From Anaerovoracaceae bacterium (GTDB lineage Bacteria > Bacillota > Clostridia > Peptostreptococcales > Anaerovoracaceae): DNA of 64,000 bases. Below the pieces are notes generated by a model. That model was given only the letters and a program-made list of their open reading frames with translations, did no database searches and was not told where the DNA came from. The stretch lies in contig JBGZBU010000026.1 in assembly GCA_041844835.1 (NCBI GenBank), positions 7,641 through 71,640 on the forward strand, given 5' to 3'. Of this stretch, positions 1-8,350 are shown piece after piece. Made by a program: the position numbers and the translations under genes. Position 1 is the stretch's first letter; each line of letters starts with the position of its first letter.

Positions 1-360
1 GGGAACGAAATATGACAGGTAATTCACTCCCGCGATTATTATAGCGCCGTTTGCGGTCCAACATCCGCACCAATACGACCAGCCGACCCAGAAGGCGGGC
101 AGCTCGCCGAACGCCTCATTCGTGTAGACGACCGCCGAGCCGGTCACCGCCTTTCGCTGTGCCAGTTTTGCGAATGAGAGCGCAAGAAGCAACGTACCGA
201 GTCCGGTAATTGCGACGGACCATACTCCTACTTTTGCGTTTGACAGTTCCGCCAAACCCTGGGGAGTCATATATATACCGGATCCGATCATCTGACCTAT
301 TATTATGGCTATTGTAGCAAAATAGCCGAGCTCTCGTTTCAAACCGGGAGTATCACTCAT
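1..360 (-). CDS. APC-family amino acid permease, N-terminal part (gene runs off the left edge)
   Basis: Not in the ORF track because it leaves the window. My translation from the ATG at 360-358 is MSDTPGLKRELGYFATIAIIIGQMIGSGIYMTPQGLAELS... A GGAGGA RBS lies 6 nt upstream. The hydrophobic, glycine-rich TM1 is typical of APC permeases. Confidence 0.7.
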   Translation of the reverse strand, partial: MSDTPGLKRELGYFATIAIIIGQMIGSGIYMTPQGLAELSNAKVGVWSVAITGLGTLLLALSFAKLAQRKAVTGSAVVYTNEAFGELPAFWVGWSYWCGCWTANGAIIIAGVNYLSYFVP

Positions 361-411
361 GGTAAATCCTCCTCTCTAAGACGTAACAATTAAAACGAAT
401 TGATCCGAACT

Positions 412-1665
412 TTATTCGTTCATTGCGCTCTTCTTTGTTCTGCGTCTAATAAATACCGCCGCCAGGAATCCTACAAAGCAGTTGATTCCGAGGAAGACGA
501 ATATATAATTGTATCCTGTCGGACCGAATTTATCGAGCCAGGAGCCGAACATCGTCGCCATGAAGAAATCGGGAGAATATCCTATGAGCGATGCCACACC
601 GACCGCGGTTCCCATAAGTGCAACCGGGATTTTCGCCTCGTTTGCGATGGAAAATACGATTCCATAAAGCGCAAGCCCGAACAAGCCCGGCAGCAAAGTA
701 TAGAAGCTGACAAAGCCTACGCTTGCCGTGGACGGAATTGCAAGAACCCCAAGGAAAAGCGCTGTCAAAATCAGGTAAAGCAAAATAAACCATTTGCTCG
801 TTGACTTGAAGACCTTATCGGCTACAATGCCGCTCACCGGCGCGAGAATGTAGAATATGTAGGTTCTTATTATGGAAAGTATTCCCGAGTCTTCCGGTGA
901 AATCCCCACGACATCAGTCAGATAAGGTGTGAAGTACGGGCTGCTCGAATAAATCGCATATCCCGTGAACACAACGATCGAGAAAACCCATACAACAGGC
1001 ATCCGCACCAATTCGCCGAGCTGACTGAATTTAAATGCGTCAGGATCCTCGACTGCCGGTTCACCTTTCAGCCTTGCAGGCTTGTTGTTTTTGATGAGAA
1101 GCAAAATGAGCAATGCTCCCAATGCCGTAGCGAATCCATACACCACAACAGCGATAAAAAATTTCCGATCCACGCTGTCTGCCATACCCGCAAGCTTGAG
1201 ACCCGCAGCATTTGCTATCGCTCCGGTGAGTCCGTTACACATGTAATAAAGTCCGAACAGAAAACCCTGATCCTTTTCGCCCGCAACGAGACGTATGGTT
1301 TTAAACAGCGCGCACCAGAACGGCAGAACGCCGACAACCGCAAACATGACCCAGATGAACAAAGCAAAACCGTATGATTGCACATTGAAAGCAAACAGCC
1401 ATGTCAGAATTGATACGCCCGTAAGTGAAAATACCATAAGTTTTTTTGTTGAAAATTTATCCGCCAAAATCCCCGCGGGGATGTACAAGAATGCATTTGC
1501 TATAGCGTAAACGGTGGTAAGGAATCCGAGCTGCGCATTCGTGATGCCCATCGCTGCTACCTGCCAATCATAAAATACATATCTTATGAACGGAATCAGA
1601 TACATAGATCCGCCGGCCACGCCGAGCGCCATGATTTTTAAATATTTATTTTTTGTAAGTTCCAT
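412..1665 (-). CDS. MFS transporter
   Basis: The 419-aa ORF is hydrophobic throughout, with about 12 predicted helices. The likely start is the ATG at 1665 (MELTKNKY), with an AAGGAG inside the 3' end of the upstream gene. It is translationally packed against the acyl-CoA synthetase gene. Confidence 0.75.
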   Translation of the reverse strand: MELTKNKYLKIMALGVAGGSMYLIPFIRYVFYDWQVAAMGITNAQLGFLTTVYAIANAFLYIPAGILADKFSTKKLMVFSLTGVSILTWLFAFNVQSYGFALFIWVMFAVVGVLPFWCALFKTIRLVAGEKDQGFLFGLYYMCNGLTGAIANAAGLKLAGMADSVDRKFFIAVVVYGFATALGALLILLLIKNNKPARLKGEPAVEDPDAFKFSQLGELVRMPVVWVFSIVVFTGYAIYSSSPYFTPYLTDVVGISPEDSGILSIIRTYIFYILAPVSGIVADKVFKSTSKWFILLYLILTALFLGVLAIPSTASVGFVSFYTLLPGLFGLALYGIVFSIANEAKIPVALMGTAVGVASLIGYSPDFFMATMFGSWLDKFGPTGYNYIFVFLGINCFVGFLAAVFIRRRTKKSAMNE

Positions 1666-1672
1666 GTGCAAA

Positions 1673-3787
1673 TCAACTCCTTTTTACATACAGTGCATCG
1701 GCTGCACACAATCCTTCCTCATATAGAAATACCGGATTAAGGTCAAGCTCCAAAAGCTCATCCCGCTTATCCACCGCCATAAGCGAAATGTTTCTGATCA
1801 GTTCCGCAAAAGCATCAACATCGCAGTTCGGATTGCCGCGATATCCCGTAAGCATCTTGTATCCCTTTAAACTTCGCACCATCTTTTGAGCTTCTTTAAG
1901 AGAAATCGGCGCAAGCGCCAGCGAGGTATCTTTAAATATTTCGACAAATATTCCCCCGAGACCGCATAGTACGCACGGTCCGAATTGAGGATCGTTGTTG
2001 ACCCCTATGATCATTTCCACGCCCGTTTTCGCCATTTCGCAGATCTGCACGCCGGAAATCCTCGCATCGGGACAATTTGCCTTCACATTATCGAGTATTT
2101 TTGCATATGTCGCCGCAACGTCATTCTCGTTTTTCAGATTGAGAATTACGCCTCCGACATCGGATTTATGAAGTACATCTCTGCTGTCTATTTTGGCGAC
2201 AACCGCAAAATCTTCCGCATCCGATGCAGCTTTCAATTTATTGAAAACGGCAACGGCCTCATTCTGCGTTTTAGCCACCTCAAACCTGCCTGTCGGCACG
2301 CCGTATTCCGCCACTATGGATTTGCTCTCCGCTTCGGTCAAAGCGACACGCTCCCCGGTGCCACTTTCGACTCCGTTCTTAAAGCTTACGTCAAGGTCGT
2401 GTTCCTTTATGTCATATGCTGCGAAATTCAGAACATTTTTTATCACTTTGAACGCATAAAGAGCGGTCGGCAATACCGGCACTCCGATCTTTTCGAGTTT
2501 ATCGCAATACTCCTTGTTCCTGCTCATCTCAGCAAAAGGAACCATCATCATGGGTTTGCACCACGGTTGTCCGCTCACTATATCCATAGCCTCGCTCATG
2601 TAGTAAATGGCGTTATCAGCGATTTCCTGAAGCAATGTGTATCCCACCGCAACGAGATCCGTTTTTTCATCTTTCATTATGATTTCGAGCACCTTTGCGA
2701 AAGCCTCCGCATCATAGGACAATGTCGCCGTGGAATCGAGAGGATTATTCGGCGTCGCATAGCTCGGCAGTATGTCATTAAGACTCTTCAGCGTGCTGTC
2801 GGAAAAATCGAAATACTCAAGTCCGGTCAGATGTGCAACATCCGCACAAATTCCCGTTTCCCCGCCGGACAGGCTTATCGCCGCAAGTCCTTTTCCGCGA
2901 GGAATCCGCTTGAGCGTTGCAAGCGCCTGCGATGTCGCTATGAGCTCTTCGAGATCGTCAACGCGTATTACACCGAATTTCTCAAATAACGCGTCAAAGA
3001 CCTTGTCGGCTCCGGACAAGCTCCCCGTATGCGATGCTGCAATCGCCTGAGCTTTCTCCGACCTGCCGCTTTTTAAAACGACCACGGGTTTCCTGATCTC
3101 TGCGGCTTTCTTAAGCGCTTTCATAAAGCGCTCCGGATTTCTCACGCCCTCAAGATACATTGCAACCACTTTTGTGTCCGCATCGTCTATCAAAAATTCG
3201 AGATAATCCTCCATTGTAACTATCTTGCTGTTTCCCGCTGAAATCGCATATGAGAATTTCACTTTCGGGCTGTCCATTATACTGAGAATGAGCTGCCCGC
3301 TTTGTGAAATTATGCCTATATTTCCGCTCCTGTCCCGCTCTTCAGAGATAAATGCAAACGGATATACTTTGTCAATCATGTTTGCATAGCCCGCGCAATT
3401 CGGCCCCATCAGAGCGATATCAAGCTGCTCGCAAAGATCCTGCAATCTCCGCTCCGCCTCCTTGCCCTCGGCAGTGCCCACTTCCCCGTATCCGCTGGCA
3501 TATACGACCGCGCCTTTTACTCCCTTCGCCGCGCAATCTCTGAGCATATCTTCCACCGTTGCTGCCGGCGTGCATATGACCGCTAAATCAACATCATCCG
3601 GAAGATCGGCAATGCTTTTGCGACATTTTTTCCCGAGGACTTCATCCCTGCGAGGGTTTACAAAAAAATATTTTTCCTCATCCATATATGCAATCGCATT
3701 TCTGCACGTATCTCCGCCGAAGCCTTCTTTTTCGCTCGCTCCGATTATTGCAATTTTGCGCGGTTTCAACAATTTATGAATATTCAT
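1673..3787 (-). CDS. ADP-forming acyl-CoA synthetase (acetate--CoA ligase family; fused CoA-binding/ligase and ATP-grasp domains)
   Basis: The N-terminus carries a CoA-binding Rossmann motif (KIAIIGASEKEGFGG). A succinyl-CoA-synthetase-like middle region follows, then a C-terminal ATP-grasp region (YGVPTG...GGV). I chose the start at MNIHKLL (GGAGGT upstream); the ORF could begin at 3808. Confidence 0.8.
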   Translation of the reverse strand: MNIHKLLKPRKIAIIGASEKEGFGGDTCRNAIAYMDEEKYFFVNPRRDEVLGKKCRKSIADLPDDVDLAVICTPAATVEDMLRDCAAKGVKGAVVYASGYGEVGTAEGKEAERRLQDLCEQLDIALMGPNCAGYANMIDKVYPFAFISEERDRSGNIGIISQSGQLILSIMDSPKVKFSYAISAGNSKIVTMEDYLEFLIDDADTKVVAMYLEGVRNPERFMKALKKAAEIRKPVVVLKSGRSEKAQAIAASHTGSLSGADKVFDALFEKFGVIRVDDLEELIATSQALATLKRIPRGKGLAAISLSGGETGICADVAHLTGLEYFDFSDSTLKSLNDILPSYATPNNPLDSTATLSYDAEAFAKVLEIIMKDEKTDLVAVGYTLLQEIADNAIYYMSEAMDIVSGQPWCKPMMMVPFAEMSRNKEYCDKLEKIGVPVLPTALYAFKVIKNVLNFAAYDIKEHDLDVSFKNGVESGTGERVALTEAESKSIVAEYGVPTGRFEVAKTQNEAVAVFNKLKAASDAEDFAVVAKIDSRDVLHKSDVGGVILNLKNENDVAATYAKILDNVKANCPDARISGVQICEMAKTGVEMIIGVNNDPQFGPCVLCGLGGIFVEIFKDTSLALAPISLKEAQKMVRSLKGYKMLTGYRGNPNCDVDAFAELIRNISLMAVDKRDELLELDLNPVFLYEEGLCAADALYVKRS

Positions 3788-3842
3788 TCTGTATTTTACC
3801 TCCATCATGATTCAATCGATTCATCAGCAGTGAAAGCCCCGA

Positions 3843-4994
3843 TTAGATATCAGGAGTGTCAAATGTATCGGGCGTAAACAGTTTGTATGCCGCTTCTCTT
3901 TGAGTGATTCCCTCTTTTTTTGCGGTTTCAAATACGAGCTTTGTATTCTTTCTGCACAGATCTTCCGTATCTTTTACGACAGCGGCGGGATCACAAGGAA
4001 CAAGACCGAATACGGATACTTCATAAATTCTTATTCCTCCCAGATTGGTGACAAAATCCACACATACATCTACGCCTTTTTCTTTCAAAATTTCATCGGC
4101 TTCGGGCGTAGTCGGTATATTTGCCGCTTCCGCGATCATTGAAGCTTTCACCTTATGTGCGTTATCCTTATTGATCACATCCTCAAGAGCAGCAGGGACC
4201 AATATGTCGCAGTCAATATCCAACCATTCGGTATTCTTTCTTACCGTGTAGTTCGGCTCAAAATCATCGGGATTCATTTCGCCCTTAGGCAATCTGCCCG
4301 CGATGAGCTTTTTCACATCAAGCCCCTCCTGGCATTCGACAAGACAATTCGCATCGGCGATTCCCACGACTTTATATCCCATTTTATCAAGACTGTTCGC
4401 CATGGATGCGCCCACGCAGCCGAAACCCTGTATCACAACTTTCGCGCCCGGTGCGCCTCCTCTAAGTTTCCAGCCCTCGTCAAGAGCGGCGGCGCAGCCG
4501 TAACCGGTTATCATGTCATACATCAAAAATCCGTCATATCTCTCGCCGCAAAGGGTATCATGATCTTTAATTCCCTGCTGAATCTTTGCGCTTGCCTTCA
4601 TCTCTTTCGTTGCAGGCAGACCGATTCCCAGTTCATCCAAAATTTCAAGCACATCCGCATAATCGACTCCCAGGTCTCCGCCTATTGAAACTCCCGCCTT
4701 AATGTAAGGAGCCATCGCCTTGAGATATCTTCTCAGCACTTCCTTCGCATCCGGGGCTTTGTAGTCATATGCTATACCGCCCTTGCACCCGCCGGTAGTT
4801 TCGGATTCACACGCTTTGTACTTATATCCCATAGTCGTGGCAAGCCTCACCACCTCTTCCTTGGTAACGGTAGGATGCATTCTCGTGCCGCCTCCGCAAT
4901 AATGATTGACAAAATTATAAGCGCACAGCCAGCCTTTGGCGTCGCTCTCGACATCATTCCATTCAATAACGGCATACGGTTTCTTATTCATCAT
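3843..4994 (-). CDS. Glu/Leu/Phe/Val (ELFV) family amino acid dehydrogenase
   Basis: It has the GGGTRMHP and catalytic-Lys GGCKGGIAYD motifs and the NAD(P) Rossmann motif VIQGFGCVGAS. GGAGGTG lies just upstream of the tandem ATGs at 4994 and 4991. Confidence 0.8.
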   Translation of the reverse strand: MMNKKPYAVIEWNDVESDAKGWLCAYNFVNHYCGGGTRMHPTVTKEEVVRLATTMGYKYKACESETTGGCKGGIAYDYKAPDAKEVLRRYLKAMAPYIKAGVSIGGDLGVDYADVLEILDELGIGLPATKEMKASAKIQQGIKDHDTLCGERYDGFLMYDMITGYGCAAALDEGWKLRGGAPGAKVVIQGFGCVGASMANSLDKMGYKVVGIADANCLVECQEGLDVKKLIAGRLPKGEMNPDDFEPNYTVRKNTEWLDIDCDILVPAALEDVINKDNAHKVKASMIAEAANIPTTPEADEILKEKGVDVCVDFVTNLGGIRIYEVSVFGLVPCDPAAVVKDTEDLCRKNTKLVFETAKKEGITQREAAYKLFTPDTFDTPDI

Positions 4995-5431
4995 TACACC
5001 TCCACATAAAAACACAAAAACCGCCTGTCATACCCCGGGATCCGGAGTTTAGGCACATAGTTTGAGAATATATGTCGCATGAATAAAATTCGCCATGGAA
5101 GCTATATACACGGTTAGTATATATGTATTCCAATATCAAGTCAACCGCCTTTGAATCCATGCGAGCTTACATATATACATATTTATATGTGCACTAACAT
5201 ATACACCGAGCTGCCGCGTGATACGGTGCAAAATATATTGATTTATCAACATTTTATGGCATGATATCAAAACGAGCTTAGATATGTATACATGTATTCT
5301 TATTTTGTTCATGTGCCTGTTTTTTATGATTATATCCATTTACACGCCAATATCGCTGTGATATACTCGCAGAAGAGAATATATGTCATGGAAGCTTTTT
5401 TAGATTGCAGATACGAAAGGAGAGAAAGGAT

Positions 5432-5635
5432 ATGCAAAAAATCTTTTATAATCCGGTTCGATGCAAGGGCTGCCATTATTGCGTAATGGTTTGTCCGAAA
5501 AAAGCTGTCAGTGTTTCCGGCAAAAACAACGATAAGGGCTATCCGACAGTAGCATTTGATGAGGAACTTTGCATAGCTTGCGGCTCATGTTACAAGATGT
5601 GCCCGGATTGTGCAATTGAAGTAAGGAGACCTTAG
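5432..5635 (+). CDS. 2-oxoacid:ferredoxin oxidoreductase delta subunit (2x[4Fe-4S] ferredoxin)
   Basis: There are two CxxCxxCxxxCP motifs (CKGCHYCVMVCP and CIACGSCYKMCP). An AGGAGAGAAAGGA RBS precedes the ATG at 5432. Confidence 0.8.
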   Translation: MQKIFYNPVRCKGCHYCVMVCPKKAVSVSGKNNDKGYPTVAFDEELCIACGSCYKMCPDCAIEVRRP

Positions 5636-5651
5636 AAAGGAGGTAGCGCAA

Positions 5652-6749
5652 ATGGATAAAAATTCCGTTATTATGAAAGGGAATGAAGCCTTGGCGGAAG
5701 CCGCAATAAGAGCAGGCTGCCGACTTTTCAGCGGGTACCCCATTACACCGCAGACCGAGGTTTTGGAATATATGGCGTGGAGGATGCCTGAAGTGGGCGG
5801 CAGATGCGTTCAAACGGAGGATGAGCTCGCAGGTATAAATATGATACTCGGGGCAAGCGCCGCCGGCGGCAGGGTTCTTACGACTTCGGCGGGTCCCGGT
5901 TTTTCCTTAAAACAGGAGGGGCTCTCGTACCTGGTTGCAGCGGATTTGCCGGCGGTGATCGTTGATGTTGCGAGGCTCGGCAATGGGCTTGGAGATATTT
6001 TTCAAAGTCAAAGCGATTATGGGCTTGTCACAAAGGGGAACGGTCACGGGGACACGATGATTATTGCCCTTACGCCTGCGTCCGTGCAGGAAAGCGTGGA
6101 TTTTGTGATTCTTGCATATGATCTTGCTGAAAAATACAGACATCCCGTTTTGATATTGTCCGATGCGGCGATAGGTCAGATGATGGAGAGTGTCACGCTT
6201 CCGACAATGCATGAGCATGATATCGACAAGTTTGATTGGGTAGTCGGCAAAGGCAGAAAGGCGGGGGAAAGCGGAATAAAGGTTACGAATACATCTTATT
6301 TCTGCGAGGGCACCTACAAAGGTTATGAGAGCATACTTGCCGAAAAATATGCCGCAATACAGGAAAATGAGCAGCGATGGGAAAACATAAGCGTCTCCGA
6401 TGCGGAAGTCGTCCTGGTCGCCTACGGGATAAGCTCCAGAGTATGTAAGGAAGCCGTGAAGATTGCCCGGGCGAACGGAATCAGGCTGGGATTGATACGT
6501 CCGAAAACCGTCACCCCGTTCCCGGTAAAAGCGTTTGAAGAAATAAGCCCCGATTGCAAGGGTTTGCTGATAGTTGAGATGAGCATAACCGGGCAGCTTA
6601 AGGATGACGTCGCCGTTTCGAGCAGATGCAAGTACCCTATATACGGATATCTCACATCATATGATGTGCCTACAAGCGAAAAAATCGTTGAAATGGCTGA
6701 AAAAATTATAAATGGGAATTCAAAGGAGGTGTTGCTCTATGATTTTTAA
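5652..6749 (+). CDS. 2-oxoacid:ferredoxin oxidoreductase alpha subunit
   Basis: The N-terminus is POR/VOR/KOR alpha-like (MKGNEALAEAAIRAGCRLFSGYPITPQTE). It sits in an operon with the delta, beta and gamma subunits. Confidence 0.85.
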   Translation: MDKNSVIMKGNEALAEAAIRAGCRLFSGYPITPQTEVLEYMAWRMPEVGGRCVQTEDELAGINMILGASAAGGRVLTTSAGPGFSLKQEGLSYLVAADLPAVIVDVARLGNGLGDIFQSQSDYGLVTKGNGHGDTMIIALTPASVQESVDFVILAYDLAEKYRHPVLILSDAAIGQMMESVTLPTMHEHDIDKFDWVVGKGRKAGESGIKVTNTSYFCEGTYKGYESILAEKYAAIQENEQRWENISVSDAEVVLVAYGISSRVCKEAVKIARANGIRLGLIRPKTVTPFPVKAFEEISPDCKGLLIVEMSITGQLKDDVAVSSRCKYPIYGYLTSYDVPTSEKIVEMAEKIINGNSKEVLLYDF

Positions 6750-7473
6750 AGCTCCTGATCTCCTGATGGAAGACATCTCCGGTTTTTGCCCGGGATGCGG
6801 CCACGGAATAATTGCCCACACTCTTTATGATGTGCTGGCGGAGATGGGTCTTGACGACAAATCCGTTACGGTTGTGGATGTTGCATGTTGTTCCTTGTTG
6901 ATGTTCTGTACCGGATACGATTACATAGGTGCTGCGCACGGGCGTCCCGTTCCGACCGCGGTGGGAGCGAAGATCACGCGCCCCGATTCGGCGGTTTTTG
7001 CATACATAGGAGACGGTGCGGCATATTCAATAGGGCTGGCACATACAATGTGGTCGGCTATAAGGAATGACAACATCTCCGTGATCGTAGTAAACAACAC
7101 CGTTTTCGGCATGACCGGCGGGCAGATGGCTCCGACAACGCTTATAAATCAAAAAACGACGTCGACTCCGGGCGGTCGCGATCCGCAGCTGAACGGGCGT
7201 CCGTTCAATGCGATTGAAACATTGAAAACACTTGATATCGCTTATCTTGCCAGGGGGAGCGTCGACAGCGTGGCTAATATAGAAAAAACAAAAAAATATA
7301 TTAGAAATGCAACTGAAGCACAGTTAAACAACGAGGGATTCTCATTTGTTGAAATTCTCTCGCCTTGTCCGACCAACTGGAACATGACGCCGCGCGAATC
7401 AATCGAACGCATACGAAAAGAAGTAATGCCTGTTTATGAATGCGGTGAATTCATCGGAAGGAGGGGAAAATAA
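6739..7473 (+). CDS. 2-oxoacid:ferredoxin oxidoreductase beta subunit (TPP-binding)
   Basis: It has the CPGCGHG motif and the TPP motif GDGAAYSIG...NN. The start was moved to the ATG at 6739, which has an AAAGGAGG RBS and overlaps the alpha stop by 11 nt. Confidence 0.85.
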   Translation: MIFKAPDLLMEDISGFCPGCGHGIIAHTLYDVLAEMGLDDKSVTVVDVACCSLLMFCTGYDYIGAAHGRPVPTAVGAKITRPDSAVFAYIGDGAAYSIGLAHTMWSAIRNDNISVIVVNNTVFGMTGGQMAPTTLINQKTTSTPGGRDPQLNGRPFNAIETLKTLDIAYLARGSVDSVANIEKTKKYIRNATEAQLNNEGFSFVEILSPCPTNWNMTPRESIERIRKEVMPVYECGEFIGRRGK

Positions 7474-8012
7474 TGCTGCAACAAATCATTTGCTCGGGTT
7501 TTGGCGGGCAGGGTGTGCTCACAACCGGGATGCTGATTGCTTTCGCCGGGCACCATGCCGGAAATATAATAACATGGTATCCGTCGTACGGCTCCGAGAT
7601 GCGCGGCGGTACGGCAAATTGCATGATTAAAATAAGTGATGAAGAAATTGCAAGCCCGTATGTAAAGGAAATAGACATACTGATTACGCTAAACGACCCC
7701 GCCATAACCAAATTTGAATCATCCGTGAAACCCGGCGGTTGGCTTTTTGCGAATTCCTCACTTGTGGATGAAAAACGCAAGTTCAGAGATGATATCAATG
7801 TCGTAAAAGTGGACGCGGAGAAACTCGCCGAGGAAGCGGGTAACCCGAAAGGCGCCAATATAGCACTTGTCGGAGCGGTACTCAAAAAAACCGGATTCCT
7901 TACATATGAACAATATAGGGATGCTATGAATCAATATTTCACGGACAAGGGCAAGGCAAAATTCAATGAACTGAATGAAAAAGCCCTTTATGCCGGATAC
8001 AACAGTTTATAA
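7473..8012 (+). CDS. 2-oxoacid:ferredoxin oxidoreductase gamma subunit
   Basis: The motifs GFGGQGV and SYGSEMRGG are typical of gamma subunits. The start overlaps the beta stop (TAATG). Confidence 0.85.
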   Translation: MLQQIICSGFGGQGVLTTGMLIAFAGHHAGNIITWYPSYGSEMRGGTANCMIKISDEEIASPYVKEIDILITLNDPAITKFESSVKPGGWLFANSSLVDEKRKFRDDINVVKVDAEKLAEEAGNPKGANIALVGAVLKKTGFLTYEQYRDAMNQYFTDKGKAKFNELNEKALYAGYNSL

Positions 8013-8084
8013 GAATATGGCGGCTCATAATTATATGACAGATCATAACTTATAATAGGATAATCATTTCTCTTATCCAATACA

Positions 8085-8122
8085 GAAAGGACCCTATGTC
8101 CGCAGCGGCATGGGGTCCTTTC
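8085..8122. terminator. Bidirectional hairpin terminator between the OFOR operon and pyk
   Basis: GAAAGGACCC (8085-8094) pairs with GGGTCCTTTC (8113-8122). T-rich tracts follow on both strands. Confidence 0.6.
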
Positions 8123-8128
8123 TATATT

Positions 8129-8205
8129 CGTCACATGTATATATTTTACATGTCTTTATTTGTCACATGTTTGTGTTTTACATGTCCGCATTTTTTACAT
8201 GCGGA
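8129..8205. repeat. Tandem ACATGT-core repeat (5 cores in about 75 nt)
   Basis: ACATGT occurs at 8133, 8148, 8165 and 8180, and ACATGC at 8197. The unit GTCACATGT-N7-TTACATGT occurs twice. Confidence 0.8.
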
Positions 8206-8350
8206 TTTGCCGCTTTATCTTCTCTGATCCGTGCCGTCCCCCGCTTTGAGTTATTTTGAGCTTTTTTCTTTCTGTCTTTATTATTCTTTAATTATTTTTT
8301 ATTTGCTTGTTTTTCTGGTTTATTGGCTTTAATCGGTTTTAGTCAATTTG

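Noticed and set aside
400-804. A 134-aa + strand ORF and an 87-aa minus-strand ORF inside the MFS transporter gene.
   Set aside because: They are shadow frames of the well-supported transporter ORF, with no RBS and an implausible composition.
1985-2989. A 334-aa + strand ORF antisense to the acyl-CoA synthetase gene. Similar long antisense ORFs occur at 20422-21435, 37346-38074, 40740-41441, 38910-39596, 12846-13565 and 9736-10434.
   Set aside because: Each lies entirely inside a gene with clear conserved motifs on the opposite strand. Their translations are low-complexity and Arg/Ile/His-rich with no RBS. They are typical shadow ORFs.
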